In this document: positions 23,868-36,233 of the stretch, piece after piece
How the letters are laid out: each line of letters starts with the position of its first letter
Numbering within the stretch: the first letter of the stretch is position 1
Assembly: GCA_964016885.1 (NCBI GenBank)
Contig: OZ024740.1
Coordinates: 278,132,001-278,196,000, forward strand
Direction: 5' to 3'
Origin: Eledone cirrhosa
Taxonomy: Eukaryota
Length of the DNA: 64,000 bases
Translations under genes and position numbers: made by a program
The notes under the pieces: model-generated
Seen by the model: only the letters and a program-made list of their open reading frames with translations
Databases searched by the model: none
Told to the model about the DNA's origin: nothing

Positions 23868-24140
23868 GTTAATCGGCCGATTAACTCACTCGATATGCAA
23901 ATTAGGCTGCTCAACCGTTAATATGCATAAGGAAAGTATATACTTTCAGACGTTCAATCATCTGGCAGGAAGGTATACGTTGCTGACGATAGCTAATAAG
24001 CTTGAAACTAGTACAGCGTACCTTTGTCAGTGTTGAACAAATGAGCACGATGATTTCTAGACACTGTACGGCTTAATTCGGGTTGTTTGTTTACAAACAC
24101 ACCGAGCATTATAATAAATGTTCGGTGAATCCATACGTAG
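23857..24140 (+). mobile_element. Penelope-like terminal repeat (pLTR) fragment with 5' fold-back
   Basis: Perfect 40-bp palindrome at 23857-23896, hammerhead motif, AATAAA, ends in (TA)n. A second copy lies at 48110-48355. Confidence 0.7.
23971..24022 (+). ncRNA. Minimal type I hammerhead ribozyme
   Basis: GGTATACGTTG-CTGACGA-T-AGC-TAATAA-GCT-T-GAAA-CTAG-TA|CAGCGTACC: conserved core, stems I and II, palindromic helix III. Confidence 0.7.
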
Positions 24141-24156
24141 ATATATATATGCGTGC

Positions 24157-24210
<54 letters not shown>

Positions 24211-24961
24211 TATCATACTACCATCAGATATGTTGAAGTGTATAGTAAAAAATATATATTTAATAATTCCTTGATTACAACATTCGATGTGTAGAAGACT
24301 TTATCTGCAAGCTAACGTTGTATATTTGTGCGTATGTATACATGTATTCCTTAATTGCAAAGTAAATTTAAAAACAAAATTAAGGAAAAGGAAAATGCTT
24401 AATGTCCAAAGCGTAAATAAATACATTTCAAATAAACACATTTCGTGAAGTAGCTACACAAGTAAATATTACTCCTTTTACATAAACAAAAATATAAAAT
24501 ATTAATACATGCAATATCTGGCGGAAATTGTTAATCTTATTAATAAATATTCATTACTGAAAATATATATGTAATCTATTCTGCATAATTTTTAGTGTAT
24601 TTATAATTATTCATTTACGAGCATTTAATCAATTATTAATCTATTGCGTTTCGTTAAAACTTTACTGGGGTTTTTTTTGTCTTTTTTGTTGTTGTTTTTT
24701 TTTTTGTTGTTTTTTCCAATCCTGATTGTCGGTACGATCTATGCTTTCCTCACATTTCAGTAGGGAATAATTGACTTAAGCTCTGAAAGTCAACGAATCC
24801 TTCCCAGTCACACGGCAATATCACAGATTTTATTGATGAATTTCACCGTTATACCACCTATGCTACCTAAAATAAATGAACAGTATATGAACTAATGTGT
24901 CTCTTTTGGTTCTACGGCACCATCGCGATTCAACCACCCGTGATCTAGACTTTACATTAAT

Positions 24962-25052
24962 TGTTTCTACTTTAGGCACAAGGCCAGCAAATTACCCAGT
25001 GCATTACTGGTACTTTATTTTATCGACCCCGTAAGGATGAAAGGCAAAGTCA
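24962..25052 (-). mobile_element. 5'-truncated SINE (family 1) with 19-bp TSD
   Basis: Reverse complement of the SINE 3' half, flanked by ATCTAGACTTTACATTAAT at 24943-24961 and 25053-25071. Confidence 0.85.
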
Positions 25053-25120
25053 ATCTAGACTTTACATTAATGCAAACAAAAAGTAAGAGAAGTATTTAAG
25101 TTTTAATTTGTTGCCTACTC

Positions 25121-25166
<46 letters not shown>

Positions 25167-25184
25167 CTTTATTTGTTAATTTTT

Positions 25185-25384
25185 CATTCGCACCGTTTCC
25201 TTTCGCTATATGTCTCTCCACCACTCCCCTACACACCTTTTGAACTCTGTTCCCACACACTTCTCACCTGAAGAAGGGCTTATGCCCGAAACGTCGTCCC
25301 CCCACCTACCCCCCACTCTCCTGAGCGTGAATTTAATAAACATTTATTGTACAGCCTCTCTGTTCTGTCCCTGTTCAATTTTTC

Positions 25385-25390
<6 letters not shown>
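25185..25390 (+). mobile_element. PLE-like terminal fragment with hammerhead core, between (TA)n tracts
   Basis: CTGAAGA-A-GGGC-TTAT-GCCC-GAAA-CGTC (25268-25295) followed by AATAAA. The 3' part recurs inverted at ~46505-46590. Confidence 0.6.
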
Positions 25391-25439
<49 letters not shown>

Positions 25440-25670
25440 ATGTGTGTGTAGAAGTTATATTTAATTTGTTGGAATTCCGACAAACATAAATGTTTATAAC
25501 TGATCCAGCGAATTTCCGACCGTTAAGGTTGATTTCCATGGGTATGTCGTTATTTATTTTTGTATTTTATCTGATAAAAGTGCACCAAGATTGGCTTGGA
25601 CGCCCTTGAAATATATATAATAAAATAAATATAGTTTTATAAATATAGTTTCGATTTATTAATATCTTGG

Positions 25671-25738
<68 letters not shown>

Positions 25739-25842
25739 TGTGTGTGTGTGTGTGTATGTGTGTGTATGTATGTGTGTGTGTGTATGTATATGTATATATA
25801 CGAGTAAGCAATATACCAAAACTTAAATATTTCTCTTATATT

Positions 25843-25889
<47 letters not shown>

Positions 25890-26019
25890 ATATGTAAGAT
25901 ATCTTTATCCCGGGTTCAATCGGGGTAACCACAGTAAGTAAGGTACTCAATACATGGCAGAATATAAATATTTAATATAGAAATGTCTAGCCTTAAATAG
26001 AGAAGGTATTTTCTGGCTG

Positions 26020-27600
26020 ACTCGTTTCTGCCGGGTAGCCTGGCATATTGTGATAATCCCAATTTTCAAAAAGTGATCAAAGAGAGATTGTTCCAATTAC
26101 AGAAGGACCTCCTTGGTAAGCCTCCCAGGTTAAGTCAAAGCTAAGTAACTGGCAAATAGATGCAGGGAGACAGTCTACTCCAAGCTAGCTGATGAACAGT
26201 GTGGTTTTCGCCCCGTACGTAGCACACTATTCATACTGCGGCAGGTCTTCGAGAAATCGTGGGAGTATTGCCAAGAGGTATATTGTTGTTTTGTCGTCCT
26301 TGAAAAGGCATATGACCGCATTCTTCGGGACCTGCTGTGGAACATTGTATGAAATCGATGGTCAGCATTTTGCTGCCCTAATATCTCTATACGAATGTCA
26401 GAGTGTTTGTGTTGGGATAAATGGTGTTAAATCCATTCAATGTGGGAGTCGGACTCCGCCAAGTGTGCATATTGTCACTTCTCTTGTTCATTATTTACGA
26501 ATTGGCAGTATCGGTAGGGGGTTGGACGCCATGCTTTCTAGCATAGTTACGTCCCTTTACAGTCTGGGTTCAAATCCAGCCGAGGTTAACTTTGCCTTTC
26601 ATCCTTACTGGGTCGATAAAATAAAGTACCAGTGATGTACTGGGTAATTGCTGGCCTTGTGCCTAAAGTAGAAACAATTATTTACATGAATAGGATTGAC
26701 ATGCGAGCCAGGTTGGAAGTGGTATCATGATTGCAGGGTATAAATTAAGTTGGCTGGAATTTGCAGACCACATTGTGTTACTTAACTTGACAGAAGGTGA
26801 TCTACGACTAGCACTCGATAGGTTTGATATCGAGTGCTAGTCGTAGATCACCATGTAGCACTCGATAGGTTTGATATCGAGTGCTACATGGCTGGAACAA
26901 AATTCAATGCTGCGAAAACTGAAACACTCGTCCTCTCAAGGAAGCCTGCGCAATTCACTCTAAATCTGAATGGAGTTCCACTGTAGCAGATAGAGAATTC
27001 TGTTCATGAGCGATGGAAGGTAGGAGGCTGAATTAAAAGCATGAATTGCAGGAGTTGCTGCAGCAATAAGCCAGCTTCAGCATTCAGTATCAGAAGAAGA
27101 GAGGTAGACGTAAAAGCCAAACTCGCTATCTTCAATTTGATATTCGTGCCATCCCTTACCTATAGTCATGAATCTTGGGTAATGACCGAAATAATGCGAT
27201 CGTGAATACAAGCGGCCTAAATAGGGTTTCTCTGAAGAGTCTCTGGAGTAACGTTACTCGATAGAGTGCATGGCTCGTAGATCGGTGAGTCACGCCAGAT
27301 AGAGCCTCTACTTTTCTGAATTAAGCGATCACAGCTCCGATACTATATGCATGGGTTAGGATGTCCAAGGAAAGAATCGCTTTACAGATTTTACGGGCAA
27401 AACAAACCGGCTGGAGACCCAGGAGTAGACTCTGAGCAAAATGATTGGACAACATCCATGAGCTTGGTTGGTCTCGCTTGGAGATCCAACCGGATCAGTT
27501 AGATGCGGTTGCCTCTGACAGAACCCACAGGAAGGAGTGTTTGAAGACTCTGTCCCCACCACCCTCTCAGGAATAAGTGGGCAAAAAAGATGAAGACGAA
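26020..27600 (+). pseudogene. RTE-clade (Expander/Rex3-like) LINE, decayed, interrupted by a SINE
   Basis: DCSNYR, DEQCGFRP, VFEKSWEY, LEKAYDRI, LLFIIYMNRID, SHESWVMT...RVSGVTLLDRV...IKRSQLRY. Many stops. Confidence 0.75.
26499..26685 (+). mobile_element. SINE (family 1) inserted into the RTE LINE
   Basis: Full SINE. TSD ATTATTTAC at 26490-26498 and 26677-26685; removing the insertion restores LLFIIYMNRID. Confidence 0.85.
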
Positions 27601-27621
27601 AATATATATAAGTATATATAT

Positions 27622-27750
27622 ATAACAGATTAAAGTTTAAGCAAAGAATCACAGCTTTCACCCTTAACGGGATTTTCTGAAACAGCGATTGTTGCTTAAA
27701 CTTTAATCTGTTATTTTAATAAATATTTGCTCTATGGTTTTATATATTTT
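27622..27750 (+). repeat. PLE-like fragment with inverted repeat
   Basis: ATAACAGATTAAAGTTTAAGCAA...TTGCTTAAACTTTAATCTGTTAT; homologous to 56084-56350. Confidence 0.55.
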
Positions 27751-27760
27751 TATATATATA

Positions 27761-28636
27761 CGAGGTGTGTCAGAAAAGTTTCAGGACTGATGTCACAAAA
27801 TATTTATTTCAAACCAAAACTTCAAACTAAGAGTTTTCTCCTTCAAAGTAATCCCCCTGGGGTATGTAACTGTAATCTTAGCTCTCTGCAGCGATGTAAC
27901 TTTTTTCTTCATAATTTTATATACATGTCCTCTGTTTCAGGTCGTCAAGCAATGAGCACAGAGCAACGAACAAACTTGAAGTTTCTGGTACGATTGGGGA
28001 AAACTCCGTCAGAAGCACTGGGATTGCTGCAGCAAGTGTATGGGGATGAGACGATGTCACGCTCACGTGTTTTTGAGTGGTGCACGAGGTTTAAAGAAGG
28101 ACGCGAGGACGTGAAAAATGACCCCAGGAGCGGAAGGCCCTCAACAGCCAGGTCTGAGGTCAACGTTGAGCACGTCAGGTAGATGGTGCGTAGCGATCGT
28201 CGGCTGACTGTTCGACTGATGGCAAATGAGCTGGGCATGAATCGGGACAGCGTCTGGAAGATTCTCACTGAGGATTTGGACATGCGGAAAGTCTGCGCGA
28301 AGATGGTGGCAAAACTGTTGAACGATGACCAGAAGGGTCGACGCATGCAAGTGTGCCAGGACATCCTCGAGCGTCTTGAAACCGAACCAGACTTGCTAGG
28401 GACAGTCATCACCGGTGATGAGTATGGATCTTCGAGTACGACCCGGAGGGGACCCGTTTTGAAGACGTGGACGACATCAAAAAGTCCGTGACGACGGAAC
28501 TGCGGAGGATCCCGGAAGAATCCTTGCAGGAGTGCATACAAGCGTGGCAGAAAAGGATGGAAAAGTGCATTAGACTCCAGGGGGGGGGGTTACTTTGAAG
28601 GAGAAAACTTTTAGTGTGAATATTTTTTAAAAAATA
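27761..28636 (+). mobile_element. mariner (Tc1/mariner) transposon, internally deleted, right end missing
   Basis: TA|CGAGGTGTGTCAGAAAAGTT start. ATG at 27952: MSTEQRTNLKFLVRLGK...RSGRPST...RKVCAKMV...VITGDE, then a jump to GTRFEDVDDIK...KCIRLQG.YFEG. In-frame stop at 28180-28182. Confidence 0.85.
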
Positions 28637-28683
28637 AGACTCCAGTTGCATTTTCGATTTCATCTTTTTTTTATATATATATA

Positions 28684-28982
28684 TTTGAACTCAGTGCTTA
28701 AAGGGACGTAACTGTGTTGCAAAGCATGGCGTCCGACCCTCTACCGATACTGCCAATCCACCGCCTTATATAACAATAATTGTTTCTACGTTAGGCACAA
28801 GGCCAGCAATTACCCAGTGTATTACTGGTACTTTATTTTATCGACCCCGTAAGGATGAAAGGCAAAGTTAACCTCAGCGGGATTTGAACTCAGAATGGCA
28901 AGGGCCGTAACTCTATGCGTCAAATCATGGCGTCCGACCCTCTACCAATACTGCCAATCCACCACCCTTATATAACAATAAT
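28684..28982 (-). mobile_element. Two tandem SINEs (family 1): one partial, one full
   Basis: Two reverse-complement SINE heads; CCTTATATAACAATAAT is duplicated at ~28763 and ~28966. Confidence 0.8.
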
Positions 28983-31079
28983 GACAGTGAATAACAAATA
29001 TGTGAGAATATTTATACTCGTATCGTTGTGCTATAATGATTCCGGCAAACCAGCTTGTGTAGTACTGCTAATTAATGCTCTTTTTGCAATTTCTAAATTA
29101 TTAATAAGTGCAATCGATCTCTTGCTTAATTTGGAGGATTGGTCAATCAAATGTTTGATCAACGGAACTATCTGCATGTTGTATTACCATTTGGTTTACT
29201 AATCACAGATACTTGCACCCTTAAAGGTATCACATAGCAAATTTAATGTGACAAGGCTGGTCTTTAAAATAGAAATTTAGTCAATGCAACTTCACTTTCA
29301 AATCTATGCTTACCTAAAACGCCACACAATCTATGCTTACCTAAATGCCACACAACGAAGTTAGACCTGAGACGTTGAGATTTTAAAATAAATTCCTTAC
29401 CAATTCGGCCATGCCTGCACTCTTTCTGATGAAATGCAGTAACGACATAATTCCATCAAATTTATTACGTTTTGAAATTGAATTATTTTCTGGCTTACCT
29501 TTTACTATTGGTTGACACCCTGTTAGTTTAATAATAGAATAAAGGCTCGAATAATTTGGATTTCAAATAGAGCTCTGTTAGAATTTTTGATTTAAAGAAA
29601 CACGGAAAATAAATGGGTGCTATAATTTCGCTGTATCATAATAAAAGAAAAGATTTTATATATTAAATATTTATTTATTATTCAATATATAAAATATATG
29701 TAATTCAATTCCCAAAGAAAATGTGAGAGGAATGGAAAATATTAAATATTCATGAGAAATGTATCTGGTTGAATCAAAGTGCCATATTTAATAACCTTGA
29801 AATCAATTTCTCAAATCAATGCCTGCATATGAAATTAATAACTCTGAAATATTTTAAGTAACGATAATAAATCTATCCCCAAAGAATTTATATTGCGTTA
29901 AGTAAATTCTGAAATAGAGCTTTTTTCTTACGACAACTACTTCTTGCCATAATTATTCTGATAAATTAAATACAAATTCAATTTTCTTTGTTTTCTTATT
30001 TATACTTCACAATACACATTTAAGTTAAATAAAATACAGCTGTGTAAATGGACAGTATGCGTAGATTTCTCCTGGAAAATTTAGTTCAAAACATTTTTTC
30101 CGTGACAGATTTTAATAGATTTTAATGCAGACGGTATAGACAAATTTATTGAGCTATCAACAGGATAAATGCATACGTTAAAAGAAACTAGTCATCTTTC
30201 CATTTTGTAGGACCTGCATGTTTTAGAAAGCTTTTATTCATAACGACACATACGACAAGCAATTACTGTTCATTCCAGCCAGACATGTCAGAATATTTTC
30301 TGTTAATCTTCTTACAATATTTCCGAATAGATGTTATTCACGTGGTAACATCATTAGAAAATGATGTCAAACACTGACATCTAGCAAAAGGTCGAGTCAT
30401 ATTTCTATTGGTCTGTTAAAGGAGATCATATATCATGGTGTAAATAAGCAGTGTGCACGTGCGCGAATGTGTTTATGTTTCTACGTATTACACGTAGTGG
30501 CATTTTCGATATTTTTAGAATAACGGGAAGGAATCTATTGCTTTATTTATTTCTGCAGTTATTAATAAGAAGAGTTGAAATTAATGCATACAAGATTTCA
30601 CAGCTCTAGCATCTCTCCCGTATGGTCAGACTGTGAACTTTTCAACCCACCCTCGCATATCCCTATTTAGAATGACTTTTATACTCTAGTACCAAATTTA
30701 TTTTCCGTTCAATGCTAGGTACGGTGTGACCATTCCATTTCTGCATAGAACCACAATCGAAACCAACGGCGCCCTTGGTATCCAGTATGTTGTTTTACTC
30801 CACCAAATCGAAACAAAGGTATTATTTCTGAGGAAGGAGATCCTTGAGATGGAGTTTCTGATGCAATGGGTACTGCTGGCTGCTCCCTGTTGTAACGTTT
30901 CCGCTATCCTGTCTGCGATACAGTTGAGATAGATACACCGCTGAGTCACAAATATAGAGTTTGTCTCCTCCCCCATTTCTTTCCACGTTTTGCTTTCTTT
31001 TTCTATTTTCATTATTTTTGTTTTGTTTGTTTTTCTTTATCTTTTCTATGTTTTATTTTTATTATTACGCTATTATAGG

Positions 31080-31300
31080 TCGGTGGATTAGTAGTATCGG
31101 TAAAGTGTCGGACAACATGCTTTGCCGCATAGAGTTACGGATCTTTTACGATTTGAGTTCAAATCCCTCTGAGGTTAACTTTGCCATTCATCCTTACGGG
31201 GTCGATAAAATAAAGTACCAGTAATGCACTGGGGTCGATTCAATCGACTTCCTCTACCCCAAAAAATGGTTAGCCTTGTGCCTAAATCAAAAACCATTAT
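31080..31300 (+). mobile_element. SINE (family 1 variant)
   Basis: Same head and core, with an extra GGGGTCGATTCAATCGAC segment before the tail. Confidence 0.75.
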
Positions 31301-33024
31301 TACGCTATTATAAATGTATTTTGCAATAAAATAGATTATAAACCATTTTCGCCATTGTAAACACAAACTTGAATGTTACAGAAATTCAAACCAATATTTG
31401 ATACCAGGCCTTATTGTGTTATTGCCTCCCCAAAATTAAAATGATACTTCATCAGTTCATAAACAAAAACATATCAGTAAAATAAGCTGGTTGCGTGAGT
31501 CCACTTTGGTACTTATTGTCTAACTTCATTATGAAAACGAAATTTTGAATGGGTGCTAAATTTTCGACGAATTTAATATCATAGAATTTGTGTCCATAGA
31601 TGTGTATAGAGGTGTGTATAGGTGTATGTGTCTTTCTCTGGCTGTCTGTGTCAGTGATCGGTATGAGGGGTGTATCATTTTTTAACAAGACTGTGATTAG
31701 TCAAAAGAACGAAAATATGTGACTATTTATTTAAAAGCCAATGCATTACGACCGAATACCACACATTACATTAGTTAAATGTGAATATTCTTGAAAAGGT
31801 CTAATGCATAAATGACGTTACGAACAGTATCCTATCTAAATTATATGTTCGTGGTTTGGTATTGTTTCCACACGATAAAATACGTGTTAAATGTATTATT
31901 TAATTGATAGTGTATTTCCATACAACTAAACATGAATGTAAATAACCCATAACTAAGACATACAATGTGTACAAAGAATAGAACATTAATTTCTCAAAAC
32001 GTAACTTTTAAAACATTAAAAATTAAGCTTTCAACATAATAAACTATATTTTTTTATTAAGAGAGAAATGCATTATTAATCATCGTTTACCATGATTTTA
32101 TCAATAACATTTTACTTAATTCATTATTATAATTATGCATGTATATTGTATTCCTTTCTCGGAATATGATATATACTATACATTAACTTATATTATACTC
32201 TACAACCTGCAAACAAACAATTGGGCCCGATGTTTGAAGTTGAGAATTTTCAATAACATCCTCATTCTTATCGTACCTTTATATATATGTGTGAATTTTT
32301 GAAATAGTGTTACAATCTACGTTCGTTCCTGTCCGCCGCTATATATCTCAATACATTAATCAGTCATTGTAGTTGTATCTCTAATATAGTTATTTAATTC
32401 ATTGTGCCTATCTGCCATACAAGGCCAACTTTCTGACCCTTCAATAAGTTTCGATACATACAGTATTATAATGCTCACCCCGCCTACCTATCCCTCACCC
32501 TACTAAAACAACCCTTCAACTTCATTTTACCGCCATTTCCTCACTTACACACGAAAGATAAAAGCAACGTAATTATACTCTATTTACTGCAAAGAAATGT
32601 TCCAGTTCTTCTGAACTTTAAATTAACTTTTACTAACGAAAATTATCACCAGTTTCCAAAAAGAAAAGCCATAAGGGAGTCATTACCCCAAACGAGTGTT
32701 AATATCCATTAGCAAAGAAATCACAGAACAGAAGCGATGGTATGTTTGAAAATAATTGAATATTGATGAAGATAAATTTATTAAGGGCGATATTGGATTT
32801 TAGTATACCAAATGTATTATGATTTCTTTTTAATATCGAATGCTTTCGTACTTTTTTATTATTATCAAAGATTGTCTTTTTTTAAATATTGACAGTCGAT
32901 TGACAACATCCCAGACTTTATTCACTTAATGGGTAGGGTGGAGTTTGTCAAATCGGACCTAGAAAACAATGTTTCCATTGGTCTTTCCAATTGCTAATGC
33001 TATCTGTCGGTCGCAAATCTAGAC

Positions 33025-33150
33025 AGGAGGAGCATCGTGAAATAAAGTGTCCTGCTCAAGAACATAACGCATCACCCGGTCTGGAAATCGAAATTACAAC
33101 CTCGCGATTGCGAATCCAATTCTCTAACCGCTCAACCACATGCCTGCACA
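33025..33150 (-). mobile_element. Old tRNA-derived CORE-like SINE (family 2)
   Basis: Reverse complement: TGGTTGAGCGGTTAG (A box)...TTTCGATTTCC (B box)...TGTTCTTGAGCAGGACACTTTA (CORE-like). Confidence 0.55.
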
Positions 33151-34895
33151 ATATATTTAGTTATGCTCATATACAGAACAAGAAAGCGCTGCCTTAGGTT
33201 TCAGGAACTAATTATGGCCACCTACCCTGATTGTACACGGTGGTGCAGAATGCGTGGACGAGTGATCAAAGCTGTAACCTAACCATAAGGTTCTACGCAT
33301 TTGACCGTTATGTTATGGACTACATTAAAATTACAAGATATTTTGTTTTTGTCGTTTCATACCAATTAAAGATTGAAACGGATGACTGATAAACCTGAAG
33401 ATTTATTTTAGTATGGACATGGACATGAAGGTGGTCGAGTATTTACAAATAATCTTGTTATGCCGAATATATTCTTCTATTGCTTATTTATATCATTGTT
33501 TTGTTGATCGCAATTAAAATATATATTTACATCATTTTTATGATATAAAGTTACTTTCTCTTTAAACTCCATTGGTTTCCTATTCTCCATAAAGATTATT
33601 TTCAATTTCATTTAATTTAATTTCAAATATATTAGTAGTTATTCTGCAAAGAGAAATAATCAATACAGTAGATATGATTATATTTAAAGAAAATAGATCT
33701 ATAAAATAAGAAAATATTAAAAGAATGAAAGTAATAGATAAAATTACTTCGTAATTAATTTAGTAAGCTAATATCCTACATCATAAAGTTATTCTACCAC
33801 CTGTATTTTATTGCTGAATTCGGAATTTTTGTACAAGACCAGTGGTTACAATTTCAGCAACTCAATGACCTGATATTTGTACATCCTTGTGATAATGTGA
33901 ATTCGCATGTATGTCTGCTAACAAATAACGTGGGAAAGCTTCTCGCTTGAATGTTCATCAAAAGTAAGAAATGTGAGACCCTATGGTCCTGCCTATGACG
34001 AAGTATACAATAACATTCTGAGGATAAATGTGTACACTTAAGGTCCTCAGAATGTATCTACACTGGTCTCTGATGGACCTCTCTGTGAAACCCGAGCATA
34101 AATATAAAACAGCCTGATCGATTGCCTAGTATCCGAAACCCACCTCCATCGGTGACTATATGATATATACACTATAGATATTGTAGCCTATAAACACAAT
34201 GGCCTATAAACACTATATAACATTTGAACAGACAGATTTTAATGGAATAAACTCGACAGAAGATATCCTGTAACAATAATAAGCTAAATGATTTAAGCAT
34301 AATAGAAAACCTATTCGACTTGCTGGGAATATCAATTAATTCCTTTCAAATCACACCGTCTTACAAAACTACACTTAAACAAAACCTAAAAGCTGGTAAC
34401 AGCTGGAATGCTTTTCATCATGGCCTTACTGAACCAGGACTGACCCAGTATTAAATAACAGCAACATTTGACCAGGATTTAATGAAACGTATCAAGATCA
34501 AGACAACAAAATATGTAACATATAACAGATTATGATATTGAAACAAGATTTGATATAACATGTAAACACGGCAGTATATATTAGGTATAAACAAAATAGA
34601 GTGAAACATTTATAGATGATAAAATATAACATTGCCATACAATAGGAACATAACACTGAATGTCAAGAGATTTATGGCACTTTTCAACTGGATGTGATTA
34701 CTTCAGCATTCCATCAGAGTAGTCGACTACAGTACACTAATACTGTTTCAATATATTGTGTAATGAAATTTTAAAATAAAATTCTGACATTCTTTACTGA
34801 AATAAATTACTGTATATATCGATTTCTTTCCAAGTGCTAAAAAATATTTATGATACTCCTAAAATAGATTTAATTTCATTTGTTGTTTAAATATA

Positions 34896-34937
34896 ATGAT
34901 GATAATGATGATGATGATGATAATTATGATGATGATG

Positions 34938-34979
<42 letters not shown>

Positions 34980-35018
34980 CGGATGGGGATGATGATGGTG
35001 GTGGTGGTGGTGGTGGTA
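34896..35018. repeat. (GAT)n/(GGT)n microsatellite
   Basis: Read directly from the sequence. Confidence 0.95.
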
Positions 35019-35798
35019 GATACTGGGAATAATTTTGTTGCTGGTTTTAACTATTTTAATGAAATGTATAATTTAATAGGAATAATGATCTATGACAATC
35101 TTGATGAAAACATTAATGGTGATTGGGTGTTGTTGTTGTTGATATTTTTATTATGTATTCCCTCGTCAGAGTTCTAGTAATGGATACGTTATAAGTGAAT
35201 TCATTTTAGATGGCAGAATAATGGCTGATATTATGTTAGTGTTGTTAATATAGTAAAGGTTAGGTTCTCACATGCTAAATTCGTAAAATGGTGCCATGGG
35301 TGTTCATTGCATTATTTTGTCTTTCTAAACAGTAACCTATGTCAGTTTGTGTAAATAGGAAACATTTCGAAAGAAATAATGCATTTAACAATGTTTCAAA
35401 TAATTGTTGTTGAGCAGGAGGGAATATTGAATGAATGAGAAAACTGTAGTAAAACGTACAGATAATTTATTGAAAATTAGACTGCGTACTTTATATAGGA
35501 GTTAGGAAGAAAATAGTTTGTTAAATACAATGTGTCGGAATATAAAATGAAAAGAAAAAGCAGCCGATCGTCAGATCGGATCGAAAAAAACTTTATTTCA
35601 TTGGTCCTCTCATTGTTGATACTCTCTACCAGTCATAACTCCTGAAATATAGAATGTTACTCAATAAAATATTATTGAATATCATCACAACCGAATTCCG
35701 GATTTACCGCCATCATTGAGATAAGAGTCACCCCTCACCGCTTTTCCATTAATTTCGCTAAAATTTCTTTCCTTTCTCTCTTTTTTTGCAAACTTTAT

Positions 35799-36018
35799 GG
35801 TGGATTGGCAGTATCGGAAGAGGGTCGGACGCCATGCTTTCCAGCATAGTTACGTCCCTTTACGATCTGAGTTCAAATCCCGCCGAGGTTGACTTTGCCT
35901 TTCATCCTTACGGGGTCGATAAAATAAAGTACCAGTAATGCACTGGGTAATTGCTGGCCTGGTGCCTAAAGTAGAAACAATTATTGTGGCCTTGTGGCAA
36001 AAAGTAGAAACAATTATT
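35799..36018 (+). mobile_element. SINE (family 1) with duplicated tail
   Basis: Nearly identical to 264-450; the tail GGCCTTGTG...AAAGTAGAAACAATTATT occurs twice. Confidence 0.85.
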
Positions 36019-36149
36019 TACTCAAATGGAAAGTTAATGAATAATTATTTTCGTATTCTAGGTTCTTGACTAACTGTTATAGCCTCACGGCAGAAATAGA
36101 ATATACACCACTCTGCTCGTGTATTGAATTCTGTTCGTCGAGATGCATG

Positions 36150-36158
36150 GATAGATAA

Positions 36159-36232
<74 letters not shown>
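36150..36232. repeat. (GATA)n microsatellite at the LINE 3' end
   Basis: Read directly from the sequence. Confidence 0.95.

Positions 36233-36233
<1 letters not shown>

Noticed and set aside
34896-35177. Poly-Met ORF
   Set aside because: Translation of a (GAT)n microsatellite.
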